A DNA stretch of 64,000 nucleotides from Wickerhamiella versatilis (lineage: Eukaryota), in assembly GCA_030867685.1 (NCBI GenBank), contig JAQOWU010000007.1, positions 1,178,001 to 1,242,000 on the forward strand, in the 5' to 3' direction. The position numbers and the translations under genes were made by a program. Under the pieces are notes generated by a model. It made no database searches and was not told the DNA's origin. It saw only the letters and a list, made by a program, of their open reading frames with translations. This document shows, piece after piece, positions 37,404 through 46,726 of the stretch; position 1 is the stretch's first letter; each line of letters starts with the position of its first letter.

Positions 37404-38729
37404 TTAATCGTAATCGTTATAGAGATGGCTGCCTCCCCCGAGAACTGGAAGTAACCCTTCCAGGAGGCAGGGATCCCTTTCAAGCGCGTAGTCACGGTGA
37501 TCTGACATGCACCTACATCTACACCCTACGCCATTAACCCGTTCAGGGTCCGGTACACTTTGTCGTTTCAGGGCTATCTGACGACCAGGTGCATTTCCTG
37601 GACAGGATCCCAGTCCCCCATGCGAATATCCAATATCCCTGAAATAATGGATCTGCGATGCATTTAACATCATGGCGACACCTAAAGTATGCACAGGGGC
37701 ATCGCCCCATCGTTCATTCCAAAAACCGCCCGCAGCATCCAATTCCTTAAAATATTCCATGTACAAGGGCGAATTCCACAAGTCAACCCTGGCAATTTCA
37801 AAATTTGACCAAAAATGGCACATGTTATATACATCATTGTCCATTGGTTCTACAGGATTCTCTTTGGCCGCCTCCCCAATGTCCAGGATACATGAAGTGA
37901 CAGCCTTCCACAGATCTAATTCAGGCACGTTCCAACGCCGACGAAATGCTTGAGTATGGCGAAACAAACTCTCTATAGTGTTCTGATTCTCACGCATGAA
38001 AACATTGAACCCATATTTCTTGCCATGCCTTTCCATTTCTTTGAACACGTCGTAGGTCACATCACAGTAATAGGCCACATCCGGTTCGACACGCCAGTAC
38101 CATTCATATTTGGCAACCAATGCGTTTTTAAAGAAAAAGCCACTATAAAATCGACACATCTGGTGATACGATTTCTTTCCTCCATACTTGATTGCCCGAT
38201 TATCTTGTCTCAGCAAAGCCTCCTGAACCAATTTCTCATCAGTGTCCTCGGGAAACTCCCAATGTTCTGATGCTATTGTGCCGAATTCAACTTTTGAGGA
38301 TACAGTGCTTCGCACAGCATCCTTGAATGCATCTGAGAAAGGCTCGTCGCTCAAAAATGTCCAAGGATAATTGAACCACTGGTTGAAATGAAGTTCCAAC
38401 GACTTCACACTCTCAACCACACTATCCATGTCAGAGTTACGTGCCAGCATGAGTAGGGTTGCATTTGCTCTGGGGGCAGAAGTATCGGGTATCCGACAAC
38501 CTATCGAGAACGGCTTATCCCACAGGCCACCAAAGCCTGGATGCCGGGCATACCATATATTCCATTTGATTGACTGAAAGGCTACCCAGAATGTTATCAG
38601 AACAGTAACAACAAAACAGAGCCCCCTTCTTCTCAAACGAGACATATACCTGCTCCTGCTTACAAAAATGTCATCTGCCAAAAAAAATGTGGTCCTACTA
38701 ACACCACCTGTCCATGTTCGAGTGAGCAT
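37404..38729 (-). CDS. GT15 (KRE2/KTR family) alpha-1,2-mannosyltransferase
   Basis: Type II TM anchor, NATLLMLARN, SYHQMCRFYSG, YWRVEP, YNMCHFWSNFEI, ERWGDAPVH. Confidence 0.93.
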   Translation of the reverse strand: MLTRTWTGGVSRTTFFLADDIFVSRSRYMSRLRRRGLCFVVTVLITFWVAFQSIKWNIWYARHPGFGGLWDKPFSIGCRIPDTSAPRANATLLMLARNSDMDSVVESVKSLELHFNQWFNYPWTFLSDEPFSDAFKDAVRSTVSSKVEFGTIASEHWEFPEDTDEKLVQEALLRQDNRAIKYGGKKSYHQMCRFYSGFFFKNALVAKYEWYWRVEPDVAYYCDVTYDVFKEMERHGKKYGFNVFMRENQNTIESLFRHTQAFRRRWNVPELDLWKAVTSCILDIGEAAKENPVEPMDNDVYNMCHFWSNFEIARVDLWNSPLYMEYFKELDAAGGFWNERWGDAPVHTLGVAMMLNASQIHYFRDIGYSHGGLGSCPGNAPGRQIALKRQSVPDPERVNGVGCRCRCMSDHRDYALERDPCLLEGLLPVLGGGSHLYNDYD

Positions 38730-38841
38730 TTTTTTCGAAGACTTAAAATAAAGTGTTTATCCTTTTTTTCCTTCCGTCATCTATGTAGACAGACTAGACC
38801 AAAGTAGAGTAAAGTATTTACAATTATGCATAGGCTAGGCA

Positions 38842-39855
38842 CTACCGCCTTGCAAAGCGTGAACGAGATTGAGGAACACGCCGTTTATTATTACGGGACT
38901 GGTACCGCTTCAGTGCAGCACGGTATACCCGTTTAGCTTGTCTCAATGCAAGCTTTCTCAATTTAATTGGAGCCTTCGCAGCACCACGTTCCCCATGGGG
39001 CAAAAAGTGATCATAAGCTGCCTCTGCCTCCTTCAAAGAGGCAGTGATCCTATCGATCGCTGCCCGCTTGTCAGCTAAGTCCTTAAGCTCAGGACGAGAT
39101 GCGAACAAAGCCTGCTGCTGACGCTGGCGTGCCTGTACTATCTTTTCGTATCTCTCCGCAACGGACGCATTGAACTGCCGCCTCAGATCTGAAGCAGTAG
39201 GCTCTCCTGCACTACGCGCTTGCTCAGCGGTAACTATGTCGCTGCGAGTACGCTCCGCCTGATCTCTAGCAGCCCTGGAAAGAGACTCTATCCGAAGTCT
39301 GTTTAAAACTGCAAATTGTTCCCGAGGACTATGCCTCGGCAGGACGGCTTGTTCGACCTCAAGACCGTCCCAGTATTCAGGTGCTCCCCGTCGGAAATCA
39401 CCATCCCACCACAGCTTCGCAGGTACTTTCAAAACCTCCAAAGCAGAAATAACATCGGCAACTGCCTCCTGAGTATACGTTGGGCGATATTGATTCCAGT
39501 ACCAAATATTTCCAAACTCATTTTTTCGACGCCAATCACGAGCCTGATTTCGCATTTCCATATCACGGAGTTCCCGCAATCTTACCAAGTTCCTATAGAG
39601 CTGAACAGCCTGCTCATGCGTGGGAACCTCAGCAACTGCGAGACAACGCCAGATATCCTTCCGAAGATTGGGTTTTCTATTTTGCCAATTAGGCCATCGG
39701 AACTGACGGTCCAAATAATACTGCTGTGGTGCAAGCGTTTGACTCCACACCACCTGACCCGTCTCCAAGTTTCTGAAGCCCACTACCAGAGGACCATAGC
39801 GAAACTGACGCAGCCACCGCGCAGAACGAAGGCCACCGTACACCGAGGTCGACAT
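38842..39855 (-). CDS. MHR1: Mitochondrial Mhr1 / mitoribosomal mL67, with a C-terminal extension
   Basis: GP...FRNLETGQVVWSQ, LRKDIWR, YRNLVRLRELRD, QYRPTYTQEAVAD. Confidence 0.88.
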   Translation of the reverse strand: MSTSVYGGLRSARWLRQFRYGPLVVGFRNLETGQVVWSQTLAPQQYYLDRQFRWPNWQNRKPNLRKDIWRCLAVAEVPTHEQAVQLYRNLVRLRELRDMEMRNQARDWRRKNEFGNIWYWNQYRPTYTQEAVADVISALEVLKVPAKLWWDGDFRRGAPEYWDGLEVEQAVLPRHSPREQFAVLNRLRIESLSRAARDQAERTRSDIVTAEQARSAGEPTASDLRRQFNASVAERYEKIVQARQRQQQALFASRPELKDLADKRAAIDRITASLKEAEAAYDHFLPHGERGAAKAPIKLRKLALRQAKRVYRAALKRYQSRNNKRRVPQSRSRFARR

Positions 39856-39951
39856 ATTATGCTTATGTAAAAAGTTCGTAGATGAAATTTCACCGTCACC
39901 AAATGTAAGTGCGAATGGTATTTCTCACTAATAATTAAGTTTAAGCGGTAG

Positions 39952-41274
39952 TTAATGGATCTCAAGCTGATAGCCCTTCGATCTACAAAAATTCCGAATG
40001 TCCTTTTCAAACGGTCTCCCCTCCTGACTCCACGAAGAGACAAATCTGCTATCCCCATGGGTAGCCCTTACGAGGGCAAACCAATCAAGAGCATCTAGAG
40101 GCGAATCACGAAGCGCTACTCTTGCATTCCACAGCTCTTCAACAACACCTGGGTCCAGGTCCAGTGCTTCACATGCATTAAGTCGAACTCGGTATGACAC
40201 TGGATCGGACTCTGGGTCGTATGCCCGAAGAACCAACATTGCCAGAGACTTTTGGCCATTTTCAATACATTTTGTGAGAAGTATGTTAAGGAGAACTGTG
40301 CGATGAGGCAGCTCTGAATCGTACATGGCCACAAGCTTTGCAACATTATCGAGACTGGGCTGCTCCAGAACGTTTGCAACCACCTGATAGGTTACCGTCT
40401 TAAATTTCGATTCGCTCAAGTCCTGCGACCGCAGGAGAAAAGTGGAGAATAATTCTAATTGCTCTTCAATATCATGACTCTGATTCCAACATCGAGCAAG
40501 CAATCTCGTCATAGCGGCCGGATGAGGTGCCTGATTATAATTAAAGAAAAATGATTTTGCAATATTTGCATCCATACAGTCACCAATGAATGAATTATAT
40601 ACTGAATCGACCGCCATTTGGGGCCAATTCTGTCCCCTCGATACGTTGTCCCATAGCGAGACCGCAGTTTCAGCGCGGTCATAGCATAAGTAGGCCCAGA
40701 TCATCTTTGAAACGAGAAGAAAGTTTGCCTGTGGGGCTTTTCCAAAGGCATCTTCAATGCTCTCCAGTGGCTGCAATGATTTCACCATACACGGAATGGC
40801 CGAGGCCGTTACCTTCGGTTGATGCCATAAATAAAACGCAGAAACGCCTGCAGCTGGATTTGCGATTTCATATGCATTCAGAAGTGAGCTCATAGGCCTC
40901 ACAAGTCTATTGTCCTCCTCTTTGCTTTCAGAAATAGCTTTTGACACAGCATCGCAGTAATGGGTCAAGGTCTTAAATAATGGAGGAAGAATTCTGCGCT
41001 TGTCACGCTGCGAGAGACGCCTGAAAACATATGAGCAGTCTCTGGTGGTCCTAGAAAGAGCATACGAAACGAGACCAAATGTTTTTGCATCCACCTGGCG
41101 GGCTCCACGCAAGAACTCATATACCTTCATCATAGGATGCACATCTACCAACATGCGGACAGTCTCAGGCGTTGTTTGGTTCAGAAGGGTGCTATGCAGA
41201 CTCAGTGCCTGGAATTCTTTACTGAACGGCCCAGAAACGGAAGCAAAGCCACGTCTTAAAATCAGCCTCAGCAT
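39952..41274 (-). CDS. Mitochondrial helical-repeat (PPR-like) protein, possibly Rmd9-like
   Basis: MLRLILRRGF presequence; helical repeats (MIWAYL, VYNSFIGDC, LLNILL, VSYRVRLNA). Confidence 0.6.
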   Translation of the reverse strand: MLRLILRRGFASVSGPFSKEFQALSLHSTLLNQTTPETVRMLVDVHPMMKVYEFLRGARQVDAKTFGLVSYALSRTTRDCSYVFRRLSQRDKRRILPPLFKTLTHYCDAVSKAISESKEEDNRLVRPMSSLLNAYEIANPAAGVSAFYLWHQPKVTASAIPCMVKSLQPLESIEDAFGKAPQANFLLVSKMIWAYLCYDRAETAVSLWDNVSRGQNWPQMAVDSVYNSFIGDCMDANIAKSFFFNYNQAPHPAAMTRLLARCWNQSHDIEEQLELFSTFLLRSQDLSESKFKTVTYQVVANVLEQPSLDNVAKLVAMYDSELPHRTVLLNILLTKCIENGQKSLAMLVLRAYDPESDPVSYRVRLNACEALDLDPGVVEELWNARVALRDSPLDALDWFALVRATHGDSRFVSSWSQEGRPFEKDIRNFCRSKGYQLEIH

Positions 41275-41439
41275 ATGCCATTCAGATAAACCTAACCCTG
41301 AAATATTTCGGTTTTTCGGCGAATCTGTAAAAAAAAATCTCTTGCGAAACTTTATAAATCATTTTCGTGATACAGTAGAGTCTGCTCTTACGCCTATGTG
41401 GACACTGATCTGTTCCATTCATCACGCATAGTGATGAGT

Positions 41440-41447
41440 GTCACGTG
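41440..41447. promoter_or_regulatory. Cbf1-type bHLH site GTCACGTG
   Basis: Perfect RTCACGTG in a divergent spacer; another TCACGTG at 23744-23750. Confidence 0.5.
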
Positions 41448-42006
41448 AGCACGACCTGACTCGACGGAACTTTTCTCCAGAATTTCCTTAATTAGATGTT
41501 TTTTCCCTAAATATAAGGCCTGATTTTCCCCATGTCTATTTGCTCGAAAGATATCTCTGCTTCAAAATAGTCGGCCTCTTATCATAGCTCTGCCGAGGCA
41601 GATGTCATTGTGCTATAGCACTGTTGTGGGCTAGGGTCCGTTGGCGGGTTGAATTAAGCTTGCAAAAGGCCAAAAGGCTGTTGCATTTCTCTTCAAAACA
41701 AGCCAATCAGTTATTCTTTAGAAACCACAATTCCTTCTGGAGGCCGCAGATGATGCGGTAACCATACTCTGCCCTATATATTGAATGGTATGTTAAATAC
41801 AGTAAAATAGAATATAATAAAAACAAAGCTAAATGATTGCAAGCGAAGTGATGAAATTAAAAATGTAGACAAGCGCAACAATTTTCTATGATTGTCAATT
41901 AAAAACAATTCGAACGTACTGACAAGTAATGAGTTTCTCCACTCAAAGAATTATAGAATTGTCGACAACCATCTAAACCGTGTGTCTTATTAATCAACTT
42001 GTCTCC

Positions 42007-43308
42007 ATGAGCAGGGGTTCAACGACCCTTTGGTCTCCAGGGGATACTGTGAAGGATGCTGCTGAGGTGCTAGGTGTGGCAAATTTACCTGAAGATGTCG
42101 CAAAAGTTCTGGCAATGGATGTAGAATACCGACTGAAGGAAATCATCGAACAGGCCATGAAGTTCATGCGCCACAGTAAGCGGAAGACACTTAATACAAA
42201 AGATATTGCTGGTGCACTAAAGGTTTTAAATATTGAACCGCTATATGGGTATGATACGGGTAGGGCGCTTTCGTACCGCGAGGCTGTGACTGGTGCAAAC
42301 CAGACCCTGTACTATGTGGATGAGGAAGAGGAGGTCGACTTTGACAAACTTATCAACGAGCCGATTCCAAAGGTTCCAAGAGAGCCAACTTTCACCGCGC
42401 ACTGGCTCGCCATTGAGGGTGTGCAACCATCAATTCCTCAGAACCCCCACTCTTCTGAAATTAAGGCCCTGCCGCCGTTGCTTCGCGGATCGCAGGTATT
42501 CAACTCAACGGCTGCTCTCACACAAGATGTCGATGTGAAGCCTCTAGTAAAACACATGATTTCAAAAGAGTTGCAGCTGTACTTTGACCGTGTTATACGT
42601 GCGCTGGTGGATGACATGGCGGTCGAGACAGGCGACCGCCAAACGGCATTATTCTCTCTCCGAAGTGATCCCGGACTCCACCAGCTTACCCCTTATTTCA
42701 TTCAATTTGCTCAAGAAAAAATTTCAGACGCTCTCAAGTCCAATCTTAGGGTGGTTTCAACGATGCTTGAAGTATTAGATTCGCTACTGGCAAATCCTAC
42801 AATATTTGTCGAGCCGTATATTCATCAGATTGTTCCCTGTGTGTTAACGGTACTTGTCGCACGTCGGCTGGGTGAAACTGATCCTGAGGGCGCCGAGGGC
42901 TACACGGCAAGAACGTTTGCCGCGGCCTTGCTTCAGCAGCTTTGTGATCAGTATGGCGCGACATATCCCACCCTTCGGTCACGATTAACCAGGACACTGC
43001 TCAAGGGTTTCATGGATGTTCGCCGCCCCCTTCCGTCGCTTTACGGCATTGTTTTGGGTATAGAGGCGCTTGGAAGCGAGGTTATTCGAGTAATCATCCT
43101 CGGAAACCTTCGAGTATGGTTTGACGCTGCACCCCATGAGCCAGAAATGCAGTGGAATAATTTGCTCTATGCCCTGGAGAGAACCCTCTCACATCTAGAT
43201 GCACCTCCCAATGCTGAATTTGATGAGGCCCAAGTGAAGGAACGTTATGGTGAAAATGCTGGAGATTTTTTGATCGAACGGGGATTGGCTGCTGCGGCTA
43301 TGGCATGA
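42007..43308 (+). CDS. TAF6: TFIID/SAGA subunit Taf6
   Basis: H4-like fold (DTVKDAAE, LAMDVEYR, KFMRHSKR, LNIEPLYGY), HWLAIEGVQP.IPQNP, ISKELQLYF, DPGLHQL.PYF; ATG at 42007. Confidence 0.96.
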   Translation: MSRGSTTLWSPGDTVKDAAEVLGVANLPEDVAKVLAMDVEYRLKEIIEQAMKFMRHSKRKTLNTKDIAGALKVLNIEPLYGYDTGRALSYREAVTGANQTLYYVDEEEEVDFDKLINEPIPKVPREPTFTAHWLAIEGVQPSIPQNPHSSEIKALPPLLRGSQVFNSTAALTQDVDVKPLVKHMISKELQLYFDRVIRALVDDMAVETGDRQTALFSLRSDPGLHQLTPYFIQFAQEKISDALKSNLRVVSTMLEVLDSLLANPTIFVEPYIHQIVPCVLTVLVARRLGETDPEGAEGYTARTFAAALLQQLCDQYGATYPTLRSRLTRTLLKGFMDVRRPLPSLYGIVLGIEALGSEVIRVIILGNLRVWFDAAPHEPEMQWNNLLYALERTLSHLDAPPNAEFDEAQVKERYGENAGDFLIERGLAAAAMA

Positions 43309-43530
43309 AGGATCACGGAGTTCTAGAAGACCGAGACTACTTCCTTACTTCGATTTTGTGCGATTTTTATATAATTTGACGGTGTTAGAATTAATTCAAA
43401 GATTCAAAAATCATATATATACAGTATTTTTTTTTATGGCTATTGTTATTTCACAATGTAACTCAATCATGCTCCGGTTATGCATAATGCCTTTTACTCT
43501 TGCTCTTGCTCTTGCTCGGATTTGCTCCGA

Positions 43531-43938
43531 CTAAGCCTCAGGTCGGCGAGGAAGCTCAAATTCGATTGCCTTGTACTCAGATTCACCTTCTTTAGTAGCA
43601 ACCATAAGTTCATAGAGTTGAATAATTTTATCGGGCTCAAGCCTCTCGATTGTTTCGATGCTCAAATTATCGGTCTGCCACTTATCACCAAGAATACACT
43701 CCAGATATTTTTGCCACTGCGTAAGAAATGCAATGATCTGAGCAGGATTGTCCACATTTTTATGCTGCTTGAACTCCGATTTCACATAAGACGTGCCTAA
43801 CACCCTCTGAGGCACCGGAAGTAAACGATGGGACCGTAGGATGCGGCGGTACAGCATTAAAGGGGGCAGAAGCTCTATTTTGGGCACTTTTTCACCTATT
43901 TTTCGCCTCGTAGCATACCCTCTCTTCAACATCATCAT
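43531..43938 (-). CDS. SDH7: Succinate dehydrogenase assembly factor 3 (LYR protein, Sdh7/Acn9)
   Basis: LLPPLMLYRRILRSHR, LG..YVKSEFKQHK..DNP, FLTQWQKY, QLYELM. Confidence 0.93.
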   Translation of the reverse strand: MMMLKRGYATRRKIGEKVPKIELLPPLMLYRRILRSHRLLPVPQRVLGTSYVKSEFKQHKNVDNPAQIIAFLTQWQKYLECILGDKWQTDNLSIETIERLEPDKIIQLYELMVATKEGESEYKAIEFELPRRPEA

Positions 43939-44110
43939 CCCGTGTCTCAGTAGTCCACCTAATCTCTTAGGGTTTTATAAATTGATGATGTAATCATATG
44001 TGAATTATGACTAATGTGAACTCCCAATTCCCCAGTTACTCTCGCGCGCTGAATTTTTACCAACCACTACATTAACTCATCAACCGGTCCAGGTTTTTTG
44101 GAGAATTAAC

Positions 44111-45223
44111 ATGGCTGGGGTAGAGTCGCCTGTGAGTTCGCACGAATATGAGGGTACAACAAAGTCTGCGCCGGCGCAGATAGAACAGACCCCCGAACCG
44201 GCGGAGGTGGAAAAATCGCAGTCTCAGAGTCGTTCATCTCAGACATCAAAACAGCCAAAATCTGTGCGCCTTGCTCCGGCTCCAGTGCCTGCGGTGTCCC
44301 CGTGGAAGAGTACGGCAGCTGGTGGGTCTTCGTCGGCCCCTCCTGTCGATGCCGCTCTGGCCCAAGCCCAAGTACAGCACAAAAAGCAGACCGGAGGAAA
44401 GGGTAAAGGGCAAGAAGTTCCGCCTCCCCCTAAGCGTACCACTGGGAAGGAGAAGTGGGTTCGTTATACTCCACCACCGGCTCCTGCTGGTTCGACATCA
44501 AACTCTTCACGCGACTCTCCCGGAGCTCAGGGTGAGCGTCGAAATGCCGGTGGCAAGCAGCGTTCACGCAAGCAAGGTGGGGGACAGTCAGGACAGCGTT
44601 CCCAGAATGGTGGTGGACAGCGTAAATCCAAGTCCAACTACAATTCGTCCGGAACTCCGCCGCCACAGCAGCACCCACCGCAGGCGGCGGGTGGGACCTC
44701 GGGCCCGCCAGCTGGCTCATCCAGCCAGAATGCCAGTAAAGGTGGTAGTACTGCCGGAGGTGCAACGAATACTTCGAATGCATCTCCAACGAGAAATGCA
44801 TCTGTAAACGCGGGCCTGCCTGCGGCGCCTCTGATGCCTACAAATGCCCTTGAACTTACTCTTGGCTTGTTGGCGCAACAGATGGAGTACTATTTCAGTC
44901 TTGAAAACTTATGTAAAGATATATTCCTACGTCGCCAGATGAACTCCAGCGGGTTGGTACCTCTTGCCGTGTTGGCAAATTTTAATCGTGTCCGTACTTT
45001 GAGTGGTGGCGATTTGTCCCTTGTGGTTGAGGCCTGCCGTTGGGCACCAGGGGTAGAAACTCTGGGGAAAAAAGTGCGACCTGCACAAAACTGGGAGCAG
45101 TGGATTCTGCCCCTCGAAGATCGTTTGGAGTCTGGTAAGGACGAGTCTTCAGGTGATGACGACGAGCCAAAGTTCGAGGTCGAGAATGCGAAACCTTTTG
45201 TTCCACGGCACAGCCGAGCCTAG
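44111..45223 (+). CDS. La-motif RNA-binding protein (Sro9/Slf1-like)
   Basis: LAPAPVPAVSPW, GKEKWV, La motif QMEYYFSLENLCKDIFLRRQM...VPL..LANFNRV. Confidence 0.9.
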   Translation: MAGVESPVSSHEYEGTTKSAPAQIEQTPEPAEVEKSQSQSRSSQTSKQPKSVRLAPAPVPAVSPWKSTAAGGSSSAPPVDAALAQAQVQHKKQTGGKGKGQEVPPPPKRTTGKEKWVRYTPPPAPAGSTSNSSRDSPGAQGERRNAGGKQRSRKQGGGQSGQRSQNGGGQRKSKSNYNSSGTPPPQQHPPQAAGGTSGPPAGSSSQNASKGGSTAGGATNTSNASPTRNASVNAGLPAAPLMPTNALELTLGLLAQQMEYYFSLENLCKDIFLRRQMNSSGLVPLAVLANFNRVRTLSGGDLSLVVEACRWAPGVETLGKKVRPAQNWEQWILPLEDRLESGKDESSGDDDEPKFEVENAKPFVPRHSRA

Positions 45224-45243
45224 ATGATACAAAGAAAAAATGT

Positions 45244-45810
45244 TCAAGGATCGCCATAGAGAAATTGCATTGACTTTAGCATTGCGGTACTGATATTTTC
45301 TGGCTGGTTTTGATAAAAATACATCATAGCCGCCCATGCAACTGCTGAAGTTATCTGCCATCCTTTTTGATGATACTTGACTGGAGTTAAAGACCGCATT
45401 GCGCCCGCTGAAGCATGACTGAAGGCGATCAACACCAATTGTTCTGCCATGGGCCGATGGTCATTTCCAAAAACTAGCAATCCTGCGGCGGCTCCTGCTA
45501 CCAGTGCATGCCATCCCTTTGTCGATTGCTTGGTTGCAATATCATATCTGAAGGGGTGACCATTAGCAATACACAATAGTACCACCACAGATTTATAGAC
45601 ACTGGCAAACATTGCAAGTGCTACTGCATGTGAGATAGTTGCGCGAATCAGTCTTTTTATTCGTGCTGTCCATGGAGCTCGACTGAAGACTAACATTGCA
45701 ACGAAGGAATGTAGAAATCGCACTTTTACACCGTAAATTGCACCCCTTCCTGCGGATCTAGCAATGCGGCATGCCAATACCAATGCTACCTGGCTCGGCC
45801 TGTCTGGCAT
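45244..45810 (-). CDS. Peroxisomal membrane protein PXMP4/PMP24-like (Tim17 superfamily)
   Basis: GAIYGVKVRFLHSFV, AT..HA..LA.FA..YK, AG...G..VFG, WAAMMYF, SMQFLY; first ATG at 45810. Confidence 0.85.
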   Translation of the reverse strand: MPDRPSQVALVLACRIARSAGRGAIYGVKVRFLHSFVAMLVFSRAPWTARIKRLIRATISHAVALAMFASVYKSVVVLLCIANGHPFRYDIATKQSTKGWHALVAGAAAGLLVFGNDHRPMAEQLVLIAFSHASAGAMRSLTPVKYHQKGWQITSAVAWAAMMYFYQNQPENISTAMLKSMQFLYGDP

Positions 45811-45845
45811 CAAATTCAAAACTTTCTCTTACTAATACGCATCAT

Positions 45846-46726
45846 ATACGAGACGTAGTACAAATTGTTCAACGGCTTGAAATAACTGAGAAGGAGGATA
45901 TTCTGATAATAGAAGTAAAACCTACTTCTTGGGGCCGTAGGACTTTTTTTGGCGCGATGGATACAACGGTTTTTCCTTAGAACCGCTCCCTGCATTTTGG
46001 GCCATTTTTGAGGAGTCTTATGGGTTTCTAATGGTCAAACGAAAAAAAAATAACTTTATAAAGTTTCACACCCTTTGTTGTCGGTCTTTTCGTTAGTACA
46101 TCTGGCGATTTGCCACTACGAGCATCATTCCTTGACGGGATGTAATAGTAGACTTGAGCTCGAGCTTGAGTTTCTGTTAGGTACCACAAGGAGTACAAAT
46201 GGCTAGCAGACTCATATTCGCTTTTTACCCTGCTCGAAGCAAGTTGATAAAGTTCTTAATATGGCTTCTGTTTCCAGACCCGCCGTCGATGCTCGTAGCC
46301 GACTTGGGCCAAGACTAATGTTACTGTGAAGTTTATGAGTGAATTATGAGATTCAACCTGATACTTAACTGGTAACCTAAACGTTAAGGATTCGGTCCAT
46401 CATGAAGGCAAGCCGTTAAGTGGATTATATATCTCTGCTATACCTGCCTCTGCTAATAAAGGACAATTACCAGTCAAACAATGATTGGCCGTAATTTGTG
46501 ACCTTCTGTGGAAAGCCCCATGCAAAAAGAAGTCGTTGACTGGAGTCTTCCAGGGAATTTATTTAAGTCACAAAATTAGTTGATGTACATGACGTTCCTG
46601 AGGCCCGATTTCGGGGTCACAAATGTCAAGAAATCGGGTGCATGCAAAACTTCTGTCGCTAAATAATACGAAAAGTCTATAAGTGACGGTATGTCTCGTA
46701 TTCTGACTTAGTGACTCGTAACACAA
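45846..46726 (+). ncRNA. Candidate large structured ncRNA (identity unresolved; telomerase RNA candidate)
   Basis: No credible protein-coding ORF; nested collinear helices 46091-46320, a 14-bp helix 45935-45948/46010-46023, a possible end-to-end helix 45846-45857/46690-46701; G.U pairs favour the + strand; boundaries approximate. Confidence 0.5.

Noticed and set aside
41660-41680. GCCTTTTGGC on the - strand, reminiscent of U2 stem I or the U5 loop
   Set aside because: No GTGTAGTA branch-pairing region, no GCCTTTTAC loop and no Sm site
43493-43530. (GAGCAA)n after the SDH7 stop suggesting a frameshifted or read-through EQEQE tail
   Set aside because: SDH7 is already complete and no slippery or read-through context is evident; likely a 3' UTR microsatellite
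46086-46098. Perfect branch point TACTAAC plus AAG on the - strand
   Set aside because: No consensus 5' splice site or upstream exon found; no ORF is gained
46263-46287. SRP RNA helix-8-like GGGTCTG-GAAA-CAGAAGC on the - strand
   Set aside because: The conserved CAGG/AGCA symmetric loop is not matched and the G.U bias supports the opposite strand
46361-46500. U1 snRNA-like: ATACTTAACTGG followed about 130 nt later by Sm-like AATTTGTG
   Set aside because: The mismatch is at the invariant C8 that pairs with intron G+1; no AUUGCAC loop II and no proper stem-loop I; better treated as part of the larger structured region
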